Positions 51,151 through 60,931 are shown, counted from the first letter of the stretch. The stretch is 64,000 nucleotides of DNA from Thermodesulfobacteriota bacterium (GCA_963675595.2 CAXXLZ010000002.1:3584001-3648000), one strand, 5' to 3'. The notes: generated by a model not told the origin, from the letters alone. A program made the numbers and translations.

Positions 51151-52707
51151 ATGAAGAGATTGAGCAACACGCTGTTGGCCGTCGCACTGGTAGCGGCCCT
51201 GACCATGGGCTTTGCCGGCGTCGCGAAGGCGGGCGCGTTTGGTGTTCCGGATCCTACGCCGGGCGCCGTTGTAACGGGTTGGTTTGACTTGGCGGTTAAC
51301 GGCACGGACGACGTGCTTCCCGTGATCGTGAACATGGGCGGCAGCGCCGACCAGATCGTTCACTTCATCATTTGGAACCGCGAAAGCGCCCACGTTTGGG
51401 ATAAGAACATCACCCTGACTCCTTGGGATGCTTCTCCCCAGGAATTCGGCAACATCCGCGGCGTGATCGAAAACGAAATGGCTCAGGGCCAGAGAAACAA
51501 CCTGAAGGTTACGATCACCTATGCCGACGACACCACCGAAGATCGCTACCAGGGTTACTGGACGGCCGCCACGGTTTACGAGACCGTCACCGTGACCACG
51601 CCTGCTGAAATCTCCTACCCCCACGCCTACCTGAACAAGCTGGCCGGCTGGGTGTATCTGGTGGACATCGTCAAGGGGATCACCGACGGTTATCCCATGG
51701 TGGCCATCGAAGCCGGAACCCTGTGGGCCGGTGATCAGTTTGTCGCCTTCATGCTGTCCCAGTCCGCGGATTACTTCAACCGCACCTGGTGGTGGAAGAG
51801 CAATACCGCCGCCGACAGCAAGGTTGCCGTTGTGGCCGCCGACAACCCCGGCGCCAACAACACGGCTGCTTGGTATTCCCGCCTGTGGGATGAAAGCCGC
51901 GACCGTTTCTTCGTGACCAACGACATCGACGGCATCACCGTGAACCTGCCCACCGTGACCGCCAAGGCCAAAGTGGACAAAGTGTTCGAGCGTTTCGACG
52001 CGGTTGCCGGCATCAACTGCCAGCTGCTGAGCACGGGTCAGATGATCGCCAGCGGCGACGACGTATGGCTGGCTCGGAACCCCTCCGTGGGCGAGCTGCC
52101 CTATGACGGCGGCACGGCGAGCAACGTGCTGGATCGCGGCGGCATGATCCTCCTGGGCCGTTTCTTCGCGGATCAGAGCGGTCTGGTTGCCGACTACGCC
52201 AACCGTATGATCATCTGGGCCGACACCAACCAGGCTTCCAGCAGCAAGCCGAGAAGCGTGGTTCTGTTCGTGTGCGACGAAGAAGAAGGCTGCTTCTCCT
52301 TCCCGCTGGATCTGCCCTACGAGCTGAACGTGATCGTGCTGGACGACGTGATCGGTACCATCCTGTCCGGTCATATCTACTTCCACACCCGTCAGATCGT
52401 GAACCCCAACAGCCAGAACGTGCAGGTTCCCTACTGGCGTGAAGTGACCGCCAACGGCGCGGGCTTCCCGGCCGGCTCCGGCGCCTACGCCACCGCGTGG
52501 TATCCGGTATTGGCCACGGGCACGGCTCTGGAACACGGCAACCAGCTGCAGCTGCTGGGTTGGACCCTGAACATCGGTTTCGGCGAAGTCATCGGCGGTT
52601 TCGAGACGAGCTGGAGTGCGGCGTTCCCCATGATCCGCCGCTACCAGGTGGGTCCGGCCAGCATCGCCACCATCGGCTTGGTCCAGCTGGACGAGGGACA
52701 GAACTAA
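51151..52707 (+). CDS. Secreted paralog copy 1 (putative S-layer/major envelope protein)
   Basis: Sec signal ending AKA|G; AGGAGG RBS; strongly biased codon usage; near-identical to five downstream genes. The S-layer function is inference. Confidence 0.85.
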   Translation: MKRLSNTLLAVALVAALTMGFAGVAKAGAFGVPDPTPGAVVTGWFDLAVNGTDDVLPVIVNMGGSADQIVHFIIWNRESAHVWDKNITLTPWDASPQEFGNIRGVIENEMAQGQRNNLKVTITYADDTTEDRYQGYWTAATVYETVTVTTPAEISYPHAYLNKLAGWVYLVDIVKGITDGYPMVAIEAGTLWAGDQFVAFMLSQSADYFNRTWWWKSNTAADSKVAVVAADNPGANNTAAWYSRLWDESRDRFFVTNDIDGITVNLPTVTAKAKVDKVFERFDAVAGINCQLLSTGQMIASGDDVWLARNPSVGELPYDGGTASNVLDRGGMILLGRFFADQSGLVADYANRMIIWADTNQASSSKPRSVVLFVCDEEEGCFSFPLDLPYELNVIVLDDVIGTILSGHIYFHTRQIVNPNSQNVQVPYWREVTANGAGFPAGSGAYATAWYPVLATGTALEHGNQLQLLGWTLNIGFGEVIGGFETSWSAAFPMIRRYQVGPASIATIGLVQLDEGQN

Positions 52708-52772
52708 GGGTCGTCCGATCGAGAACAATCCGAGCGCATTTTTGAGTCGCCCTCGGATTCGCTAGAAAGAAA

Positions 52773-52802
52773 AAGGGGCTGAGGAGCATTCCTCAGCCCC
52801 TT
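52773..52802 (+). terminator. Terminator after copy 1
   Basis: AAGGGGCTGAGGA-GCAT-TCCTCAGCCCCTT then T-rich; preceded by AATCCGAG...CTCGGATT stem (52727-52759). Confidence 0.8.
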
Positions 52803-52889
52803 GCCTTTTAGAAAAGGCCCCTGTGTGCTCAGCAAATCGGACGGCTTTTCGCATTTTGGTTAATCGTATGGGGCGACTAGGCAAGAGGA

Positions 52890-54077
52890 ATGAACGGAAA
52901 TACCCGTGTAAATTTGGTTCGTCGCGAAAGTGACGACCGTCCTTTGGGGTCCGAATTTGAATGGGCTGATCGTCTCAGTTTGAGGCGGCTCAAAAGATTT
53001 TCCGGGCTTTGTTCGGAACCACTGAAGCACATTCCATTGTCGATCGACACCCACCTGGAATACAGCTGCCTCATTTTGGATCCGGTCTGTTATGTGGGTC
53101 CGGATTGGACCTCCGGTCCTTTGAAGGTATTGGAAAAGCGGAAAGATATCGATCTGGTGGTGCCGGTGAGCAATGAAGCCGCAGTCGTTGAGCAGCGAGC
53201 CGCCCCTCCGTTTTGTTACCATACGCCCCATTTGCTGGATCTCGCTTGCGTTGCTTTTCGGAAGACGAACGAGGGCGCCTACCTTGTCCACCAAAGGTTT
53301 GATCCCTTTATTGTCGTGTGTAGAACAGCGTGGTTGAAACAGGCCCTCGGCAAGTATGGATTGAAGGGTTTGAAAAAGTCGGTTGCCGAAGGAGCCTTCA
53401 AGGGTGCGGTGGCGTTGGATACCTATGTTCATCGATATGGGGCCATGTATGACCAAGCCAGACCCGACCTGTTGTCAAGAGTTCCTCCGGGTATTATTAA
53501 AGCCATGGACGTGGGATGCGCCAAAGGGGTCTTCGGAGCGGAGTTGAAAAAGAAAGGGTGTCCCGAGGTTCTTGGAATAGAGAAAGACCCGGTTCTCGCA
53601 AAGATTGCGAGAGAACGGCTTGATAGGGTACTTGAAAACGACTTGGAGGAGTTGAGGGAAGATGAAATTCCAGGGGATCTTGATCTCATCGTGTGCGGAG
53701 ACCTATTGGAGCATCTGGTGGATCCGCACAGACAGGTTCGACGCTTCCTTGGATGGCTGAAACCTGGAGGAACCTTGCTTTTCAGCGTTCCCAACGTCGG
53801 TCACTGGTCGGTTGTCATGGACCTGATCGCAGGCCGATGGGACTATTCACCGTTCAGCACGCTCTCCGGCACTCACCTACGTTTCTTCACGCGAACCGGC
53901 ATTATGGAGATGCTCGTGGAATCCAACTACACGATAAATAGGATGGAGCCCGTGATTCCTGAAACCGGGCCACCAGGGACAGAGTTTATGGAAAGGCTGG
54001 GGAAAGCAGGTCTTGAGTTGGATCTGGATTCGCTTAAGGCGGTGGAATACATTGTAAGCGCGAGCAAGCTGAAGTAA
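52890..54077 (+). CDS. Class I SAM methyltransferase with a GT2-like N-terminal segment (glycan-modifying type)
   Basis: RPDLL, MDVGCAKG, GIEKD, GDLLEHLVDP, SVPN, THLRFFT; N-part ALDTYVHRYG; start uncertain. Confidence 0.82.
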   Translation: MNGNTRVNLVRRESDDRPLGSEFEWADRLSLRRLKRFSGLCSEPLKHIPLSIDTHLEYSCLILDPVCYVGPDWTSGPLKVLEKRKDIDLVVPVSNEAAVVEQRAAPPFCYHTPHLLDLACVAFRKTNEGAYLVHQRFDPFIVVCRTAWLKQALGKYGLKGLKKSVAEGAFKGAVALDTYVHRYGAMYDQARPDLLSRVPPGIIKAMDVGCAKGVFGAELKKKGCPEVLGIEKDPVLAKIARERLDRVLENDLEELREDEIPGDLDLIVCGDLLEHLVDPHRQVRRFLGWLKPGGTLLFSVPNVGHWSVVMDLIAGRWDYSPFSTLSGTHLRFFTRTGIMEMLVESNYTINRMEPVIPETGPPGTEFMERLGKAGLELDLDSLKAVEYIVSASKLK

Positions 54078-54162
54078 TTTCGTGAAACAAAATCCGGGTT
54101 CCGATAGTGATCCTGGACAGGGATGATGGAATAAGGGCGCGAGCTGCTTTAAGGAGGGAGCC

Positions 54163-54303
54163 ATGATGGCTCCGGATAAGGACATGAACCGTTCATTGTA
54201 CCTCCTATGTAGTGCGGCGTTCCCCATGATCCGGCGCTACCGGGTGGGTCCCGCAAGCATCTCCACCATTGGTTTGATTCAGTTGGACGGCGGAGCGCTC
54301 TAA
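54163..54303 (+). pseudogene. 46-codon mini-ORF / 3' remnant of the array gene
   Basis: AAGGAGGGAG RBS; MMAPDKDMNRSLYLLC-SAAFPMIRRYRVGPASISTIGLIQLDGGAL*; from 54211 homologous to the C-terminus of the paralogs. Confidence 0.7.
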
Positions 54304-54367
54304 ATATTTTTTTGCTAAAAGAATCCGAGCGCATGTTTTAACCATCCTCGGATTCGATAGGAAGGAA

Positions 54368-54397
54368 AAGGGGCTGAGGAGTAGCCCTCAGTCCTCT
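54368..54397 (+). terminator. Diverged copy of the array terminator after the remnant
   Basis: AAGGGGCTGAGG-AGTAGC-CCTCAGTCCTCT; preceded by an ATCCGAG...CTCGGAT stem. Confidence 0.65.
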
Positions 54398-54667
54398 TCC
54401 CTAAACCGGGGGCCCCTGGGGTGGAGTTTCTGAAAAGAATTGAGACTACCGGCCTGAAGTTAAGCCGGAATTTTCCAAGACGGTAGAATACCTAGTGATT
54501 GCTACAAAAAGATCGTAATTGCGAAGAGAGAAGCTGTGCAGTCGCTTGAATCTCGAATATAGGTAATGTGGCAACGGTGAGTTTCTTCTTGGTCGAAAGG
54601 ACGTTTACCATTTGGACATGCTAAGAATAGTAATCTGAACACATCACGATTTATGTGGCTACGCGAG

Positions 54668-54696
54668 TTGCCTATTTTTCCGAATTGGGGTATAGT
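54668..54696 (+). promoter_or_regulatory. Putative promoter of array copy 2
   Basis: TTGCCT-17-TATAGT. Confidence 0.65.
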
Positions 54697-54849
54697 CCCC
54701 AAAATCCATTAAACAATCAGAGAGCGCAAAGCGGAGAAGGGGGGTGAGCCCGAACCGACTGGAGAGTTTAGAGGTATGGAAAATCGCTGTTGTCTGATAT
54801 CGCGCAGAGTAAATGAGATTGATGCTAATGTTCTTTTAGGAGAGAAATA

Positions 54850-56412
54850 ATGAAGAGATTGAGCAACACGCTGTTGGCCGTCGCACTGGTAGCGGTCCTG
54901 ACCATGGGCTTTGCCGGCGTCGCGAAGGCGGGCGCGTTTGGTGTTCCGGATCCTACGCCGGGCGCCGTTGTAACGGGTTGGTTTGATTTGGCGGTGGACG
55001 GCACGGACGACGTGCTTCCCGTGATCGTGAACATGGGCGGCAGCGCCGACCAGATCGTTCACTTCATCATTTGGAACCGCGAAAGCGCCCACGTTTGGGA
55101 TAAGAACATCACCCTGACTCCTTGGGATGCTTCTCCTCAGGAGTTCGGCAACATCCGCGGCGTGATCGAAAACGATATGGCCCAGGGCCAGAGAAACAAC
55201 TTGAAGGTTACGATCACCTACGCCAACGAGACCACCGAAGATCGCTACCAGGGTTACTGGACGGCCGCCACGGTTTACGAGACCGTCACCGTGACCACGC
55301 CTGCTGAAATCTCCTACCCCCACGCCTACCTGAACAAGCTGGCCGGCTGGGTGTATCTGGTGGACATCGTCAAGGGTATCACCGACGGTTATCCCATGGT
55401 GGCCATCGAAGCCGGAACCCTGTGGGCCGGTGATCAGTTTGTCGCCTTCATGCTGTCCCAGTCCGCGGATTACTTCAACCGCACCTGGTGGTGGAAGAGC
55501 AATACCGCCGCCGACAGCAAGGTTGCCGTTGTGGCCGCCGACAACCCCGGCGCCAACAACACGGCTGCTTGGTATTCCCGCCTGTGGGATGAAAGCCGCG
55601 ATCGTTTCTTCGTGACCAACGACATCGACGGCATTACCGTGAACCTGCCCACCGTGACCGCCAAGGCCAAAGTGGACAAAGTGTTCGAGCGTTTCGACGC
55701 GGTTGCCGGCATCAACTGCCAGCTGCTGAGCACGGGTCAGATGATCGCCAGCGGCGACGACGTATGGCTGGCTCGGAACCCCTCCGTGGGCGAGCTGCCC
55801 TATGACGGCGGTACGGCGAGCAACGTCCTGGATCGCGGCGGCATGATCCTCCTGGGCCGTTTCTTCGCGGATCAGAGCGGTCTGGTTGCCGACTACGCCA
55901 ACCGTATGATCATCTGGGCCGACACCAACCAGGCTTCCAGCAGCAAGCCGAGAAGCGTGGTCCTGTTCGTGTGCGACGAAGAAGAAGGCTGCTTCTCCTT
56001 CCCGCTGGATCTGCCCTACGAGCTGAACGTGATCGTGCTGGACGACGTGATCGGTACCATCCTGTCCGGTCATATCTACTTCCACACCCGTCAGATCGTG
56101 AACCCCAACAGCGAAAACGTCGAGGTTCCCTACTGGCGTGAAGTGACCGCCAACGGCGCGGGCTTCCCGGCCGGCTCCGGCGCCTACGCCACCGCGTGGT
56201 ATCCGGTATTGGCCACGGGCACGGCTCTGGAACACGGCAACCAGCTGCAGCTGCTGGGTTGGACCCTGAACATCGGTTTCGGCGAAGTCATCGGCGGTTT
56301 CGAGACGAGCTGGAGTGCGGCGTTCCCGATGATCCGCCGCTACCAGGTGGGTCCCGCCAGCATCGCCACCATCGGCTTGGTCCAGCTGGACGCCGGACAG
56401 AACCAAGGATAG
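54850..56412 (+). CDS. Secreted paralog copy 2 (putative S-layer protein)
   Basis: 520 aa; differs from copy 1 at only a few residues plus the C-terminal tail. Confidence 0.85.
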   Translation: MKRLSNTLLAVALVAVLTMGFAGVAKAGAFGVPDPTPGAVVTGWFDLAVDGTDDVLPVIVNMGGSADQIVHFIIWNRESAHVWDKNITLTPWDASPQEFGNIRGVIENDMAQGQRNNLKVTITYANETTEDRYQGYWTAATVYETVTVTTPAEISYPHAYLNKLAGWVYLVDIVKGITDGYPMVAIEAGTLWAGDQFVAFMLSQSADYFNRTWWWKSNTAADSKVAVVAADNPGANNTAAWYSRLWDESRDRFFVTNDIDGITVNLPTVTAKAKVDKVFERFDAVAGINCQLLSTGQMIASGDDVWLARNPSVGELPYDGGTASNVLDRGGMILLGRFFADQSGLVADYANRMIIWADTNQASSSKPRSVVLFVCDEEEGCFSFPLDLPYELNVIVLDDVIGTILSGHIYFHTRQIVNPNSENVEVPYWREVTANGAGFPAGSGAYATAWYPVLATGTALEHGNQLQLLGWTLNIGFGEVIGGFETSWSAAFPMIRRYQVGPASIATIGLVQLDAGQNQG

Positions 56413-56471
56413 TCCGATCGATAACAATCCGAGCGCATGTTTGAATCGCCCTCGGATTCGCTAGAAAGAAA

Positions 56472-56501
56472 AAGGGGCTGAGGAGCATTCCTCAGCCCCT
56501 T
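56472..56501 (+). terminator. Terminator after copy 2
   Basis: Hairpin identical to that after copy 1, then GCCTTTTT. Confidence 0.8.
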
Positions 56502-56689
56502 GCCTTTTTGAAAAAAGCATCGATTTGCACCGGGAAGCACGGTAAATTCATATTTTTGAGGCGACTTCCTTTTCTCCTTACCTCTCAGCGCCACTTTCCA
56601 AATTGCAGAGCCGAAAACTAGTCCGGGATACGGGAATTCCAAAGCGCCTTTCGGATTCACATGAGTGGAAAGAACGGTGGAAGTCGGAG

Positions 56690-56718
56690 TTGCGGACGGA
56701 TAAGCTCTGGGATATAAT
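56690..56718 (+). promoter_or_regulatory. Putative promoter of array copy 3
   Basis: TTGCGG-17-TATAAT. Confidence 0.65.
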
Positions 56719-56851
56719 TCCTAAGACGTGAAAAGAGGAGAGGATGAAGGGGGCCGTCTTAGGGAAGCGCGGAGTTGGGCGGAGAGAAGGAGCCCTAATG
56801 TTCGGCGGCGGCGCATTCAATTAATCTAAGTGTTTTGTGTGGAGGGAAGGA

Positions 56852-58408
56852 ATGAAGAGATTGAGCAACACACTGTTGGCCGTCGCGCTGGTCGCGGCTT
56901 TAACCATGGGCTCTGCCGGCCTCGCGAAGGCGGGCGCGTATGGTGTTCCGGATCCTACGCCGGGCGCCGTTGTAACGGGTTGGTTTGACTTGGCGGTAAA
57001 CGGCACGGACGACGTGCTTCCCGTGATCGTGAACATGGGCGGCAGTACCGACCAGATCGTTCACTTCATCATTTGGAACCGCGAAAGCGCCCACGTTTGG
57101 GATAAGAACATCACTCTGACTCCTTGGGATGCTTCTCCTCAGGAATTCGGCAACATCCGCGGCGTGATCGAAAACGAAATGGCTCAGGGCCAGAGAAACA
57201 ACCTGAAGGTTACGATCACCTATGCCGACGACACCACCGAAGATCGCTACCAGGGTTACTGGACGGCCGCCACGGTTTACGAGACCGTCACCGTGACCAC
57301 GCCTGCTGAAATCTCCTACCCCCACGCCTACCTGAACAAGCTGGCCGGCTGGGTGTATCTGGTGGACATCGTCAAGGGGATCACCGACGGTTATCCCATG
57401 GTGGCCATCGAAGCCGGAACCCTGTGGGCCGGCGATCAGTTTGTGGCCTTCATGCTGTCCCAGTCCGCGGACTACTTTAACCGAACCTGGTGGTGGAAGA
57501 GCAATACGGACACCGACAACCAGTATGCCTTTGAGGTCGCCGAAAATCCCGGGGCCAATAACACGGCTGCTTGGTATTCGCGCCTGTGGGATGAAACCCG
57601 CGACCGTTTCTTCGTGACCGCCGACATCGACGGCATCACCGTGAACCTGCCCACCGTGACCGCCAAGGCCAAAGTGGACAAAGTGTTCGAGCGTTTCGAC
57701 GCGGTTGCCGGCATCAACTGCCAGCTGCTGAGCATGGGTCAGATGATCGCCAGCGGCGACGACGTATGGCTGGCTCGGAACCCCTCCGTGGGCGAGCTGC
57801 CCTATGACGGCGGCACGGCGAGCAACGTGCTGGATCGCGGCGGCATGATCCTCCTGGGTCGTTTCTTCGCGGATCAGAGCGGTCTGGTTGCCGACTACGC
57901 CAACCGTATGATCATCTGGGCCGACACCAACCAGGCTTCCAGCAGCAAGCCGAGAAGCGTGGTCCTGTTCGTGTGCGACGAAGAAGAAGGCTGCTTCTCC
58001 TTCCCGCTGGATCTGCCCTACGAGCTGAACGTGATCGTGCTGGATGACGTGATCGGTACCATCCTGTCCGGTCATATCTACTTCCACACCCGTCAGATCG
58101 TGAACCCCAACAGCGAAAACGTGCAGGTTCCCTACTGGCGTGAAGTGACCGCCAACGGCGCGGGCTTCCCGGCCGGCGACGGCGCCTACGCCGGCGCGTG
58201 GTATCCGGTGTTGGCCGCGGGCACGGCTCTGGAGCACGGCAACCAGTTGCAGCTGCTGGGTTGGACCCTGAACATCGGTTTCGGCGAAGTCATCGGCGGT
58301 TTCGAGACGAGCTGGAGTGCGGCGTTCCCGATGATCCGCCGCTACCAGGTGGGTCCCGCCAGCATTGCCACCATCGGCTTGGTCCAGCTGGAAGAGGAAG
58401 ACGACTAG
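56852..58408 (+). CDS. Secreted paralog copy 3 (putative S-layer protein)
   Basis: ATG after GGAGG; 518 aa; distinct loop DTDNQYAFEVAE and acidic tail EEEDD. Confidence 0.85.
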   Translation: MKRLSNTLLAVALVAALTMGSAGLAKAGAYGVPDPTPGAVVTGWFDLAVNGTDDVLPVIVNMGGSTDQIVHFIIWNRESAHVWDKNITLTPWDASPQEFGNIRGVIENEMAQGQRNNLKVTITYADDTTEDRYQGYWTAATVYETVTVTTPAEISYPHAYLNKLAGWVYLVDIVKGITDGYPMVAIEAGTLWAGDQFVAFMLSQSADYFNRTWWWKSNTDTDNQYAFEVAENPGANNTAAWYSRLWDETRDRFFVTADIDGITVNLPTVTAKAKVDKVFERFDAVAGINCQLLSMGQMIASGDDVWLARNPSVGELPYDGGTASNVLDRGGMILLGRFFADQSGLVADYANRMIIWADTNQASSSKPRSVVLFVCDEEEGCFSFPLDLPYELNVIVLDDVIGTILSGHIYFHTRQIVNPNSENVQVPYWREVTANGAGFPAGDGAYAGAWYPVLAAGTALEHGNQLQLLGWTLNIGFGEVIGGFETSWSAAFPMIRRYQVGPASIATIGLVQLEEEDD

Positions 58409-58475
58409 AAGAGCTGAACAAGCAGCATGGCTTGTATGTGCGGATCCTTCCCACATCGGGCTGAGTGAATGAGCC

Positions 58476-58507
58476 GGGGCTGGGGAGAAATCCTCAGCCC
58501 TTTTTTA
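58476..58507 (+). terminator. Terminator after copy 3
   Basis: GGGCTGGGGA-GAAA-TCCTCAGCCC-TTTTTT. Confidence 0.8.
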
Positions 58508-58762
58508 TCAAGGACACACAGGGCGGGTAGGACGGAAATACAGGAGGCTGAGAGCAAGTCCCAACCGGAAAAATGAACGATGAGGGGCCATTACCGAGTG
58601 CTGCATGGGACGGAGCGATGAGTTGTTCCACACCTTTCCGTGGCTCCACGGATCGGAAGAAACGAAAACGATGCGGAGCAGGGAGGCAACGGAAGAAGGG
58701 TCCAGGAAAAGTACGGTCCTCATGACCGTGGGGAATAGTCGCGTGCGACGTGATAGACAAAG

Positions 58763-58791
58763 TTGCGTATGGAAAAGCCCTGAGTTATAAT
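58763..58791 (+). promoter_or_regulatory. Putative promoter of array copy 4
   Basis: TTGCGT-17-TATAAT. Confidence 0.7.
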
Positions 58792-58937
58792 ACATCTGAT
58801 GGAAAAGGAATCATTCGCATAGCGGAGAAGGGAGGTGAGCCGAGGGAATCTCCGAGTTCAGAGGAGAGGAGAACAAGGTCGTTTAAGTTCGTCTAAACTG
58901 CATTAAGCAGAAAGCTTATTCTTCGCAGGAGGGAATC

Positions 58938-60497
58938 ATGAAGAAATTAAGCAAAGTTTTTTTGGCCCTCGCTTTGGTCGTGGGCATGACCGTGGGGTAT
59001 ACCGGCCTGGCAAAGGCGGGCGCATTCGGGGTCCCGGATCCGACTCCGGGCGCCGTTGTAACGGGTTGGTTTGACTTGGCGGTGGACGGGACGGACGACG
59101 TACTCCCGGTTATCGTAAACATGGGCGGCAGCGCCAACCAGATCGTGCATTTCATTATCTGGAACCGTGCAAGCGCCCACGTTTGGGATAAGAACATCAC
59201 TCTGACTCCCTGGGATGCTTCTCCGCAGGAGTTCGGCAACATCCGCAGCGTGATTGAAAACGAAATGGCCCAGGGCCAGAGGAACAACCTGAAAGTGACG
59301 GTGACGTATGCCGACGAGACCACCGAGGAGCGCTACCAGGGCTACTGGACGGCTTCTACGGTATACGAGACGGTGACCGTGACCACGCCGGCTGAAATCT
59401 CCTACCCCCACGCCTACCTGAACAAGCTGGCCGGGTGGGTATATCTGGTGGATATCGTCAAAGGGATCACCGACGGTTATCCCATGGTGGCCATCGAGGC
59501 CGAAACCCTGTGGGCCGGTGATCAGTTTGTGGCCTTCATGCTGTCCCAGTCCGCAGACTACTTCAACCGCACCTGGTGGTGGAAGAGCAATACCGCCGCC
59601 GACAGCAAGGTTGCCGTGGTCGCTGCGGACAATCCGGGCGCCAACAACGTCGCAGCTTGGTATTCCCGCCTGTGGGATGAGAGCCGCGATCGTTTCTTCG
59701 TGACCAACGACATCGACGGCATTACCGTGAACCTGCCCACCGTGACCGCCAAGGCCAAAGTGGACAAAGTGTTCGAGCGTTTCGACGCGGTTGCCGGCAT
59801 CAACTGCCAGCTGCTGAGCACGGGCAAAGCGCTCGTCAGCGGCGACGACGTGTGGCTGGCCAGAAATCCCTCCCTGGGCGAGCTGCCCTATGACGGCGGC
59901 ACGGCGAGTAACGTGCTGGATCGCGGCGGCATGATCCTTTTGGGCCGGTTCTTCGCAGACCCGAGCGGGTTGGTTGCCGACTATGCCAACCGCATGATCA
60001 TCTGGGCCGACACCAACCAGGCTTCCAGCACCAAGCCGAGAAGCGTGATTCTGTTTGTGTGCGACGAAGAAGAAGGCTGCTTCTCCTTCCCGCTGGATCT
60101 GCCCTACGAGCTGAACGTGATCGTGCTGGACGACGTGATCGGTACCATCCTGTCCGGTCATATCTACTTCCACACCCGTCAGATCGTGAACCCCAACAGC
60201 CAAAACGTGCAGGTTCCCTACTGGCGTGAAGTGACCAACAACGGTGCGGGCTTCCCGGCCGGCGACGGCGCCTATGCCACTGCGTGGTATCCGGTTCTCG
60301 GAGGCGGCACGGCCCTGGAACACGGCAACCAGTTGCAGCTGCTGGGTTGGACCCTGAACATCGGTTTCGGCGAAGTCATCGGTGGTTACGAGACGAGCTG
60401 GAGTGCGGCGTTCCCGATGATCCGCCGCTACCAGGTGGGACCCTCCAACATCGCCACCATCGGGCTGGTCCAGTTGGAGACCATCAACCCTCAGTAA
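58938..60497 (+). CDS. Secreted paralog copy 4 (putative S-layer protein)
   Basis: 519 aa; different signal peptide, same mature core. Confidence 0.85.
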   Translation: MKKLSKVFLALALVVGMTVGYTGLAKAGAFGVPDPTPGAVVTGWFDLAVDGTDDVLPVIVNMGGSANQIVHFIIWNRASAHVWDKNITLTPWDASPQEFGNIRSVIENEMAQGQRNNLKVTVTYADETTEERYQGYWTASTVYETVTVTTPAEISYPHAYLNKLAGWVYLVDIVKGITDGYPMVAIEAETLWAGDQFVAFMLSQSADYFNRTWWWKSNTAADSKVAVVAADNPGANNVAAWYSRLWDESRDRFFVTNDIDGITVNLPTVTAKAKVDKVFERFDAVAGINCQLLSTGKALVSGDDVWLARNPSLGELPYDGGTASNVLDRGGMILLGRFFADPSGLVADYANRMIIWADTNQASSTKPRSVILFVCDEEEGCFSFPLDLPYELNVIVLDDVIGTILSGHIYFHTRQIVNPNSQNVQVPYWREVTNNGAGFPAGDGAYATAWYPVLGGGTALEHGNQLQLLGWTLNIGFGEVIGGYETSWSAAFPMIRRYQVGPSNIATIGLVQLETINPQ

Positions 60498-60558
60498 ATC
60501 AACTATCTAACGAACCGGCGTGTGCCCGGTGCACGCGTCGGTTCGAAAGACTCTCTTC

Positions 60559-60584
60559 GGGGCTGAGATTCGAATCTCAGCCCC
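60559..60584 (+). terminator. Terminator-like hairpin after copy 4
   Basis: Perfect palindrome GGGGCTGAGATTC|GAATCTCAGCCCC then ATCATTTTT. Confidence 0.7.
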
Positions 60585-60931
60585 ATCATTTTTCGGACCT
60601 ATATCATCTCGTCAAAAGAACGATACGTTTCAGATAAACAAGGGTTCTGCAGGAATTCACCGCCTATCTGCCCTCATTTCCCGCCTTGCAGGCTTCATGA
60701 ACAACCCGGTGAGCCTTTCACCGGCAAACCCGTCGGACGGAAAGGGATGCCCACAAAGTTCTACAATGAAAAAGCACGCTGCTAAAGAACAAATACTTGT
60801 TACCTATACAGAGAAGCAGCGGAGGCGGAGAGAAACCGTATCGGAGGTCTACATTTGTTTTAGGAACAGATGAACGGGAATGGAGCGGGTTTGTGTTGTC
60901 GATACAGAATAAACGGCGCTGATTCTCCTAG

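Noticed and set aside
51151-56412. Copies 1 and 2 as an assembly duplication
   Set aside because: They differ at several coding positions and have different upstream and downstream spacers. Local chimerism cannot be excluded without long reads.
51094-60323. Long antisense ORFs (544, 572, 518 and 458 aa) mirroring the array genes
   Set aside because: Shadow frames produced by the strong codon bias of the sense genes. Their starts and ends vary between copies, whereas RBS, signal peptide, promoter and terminator all support the plus strand.
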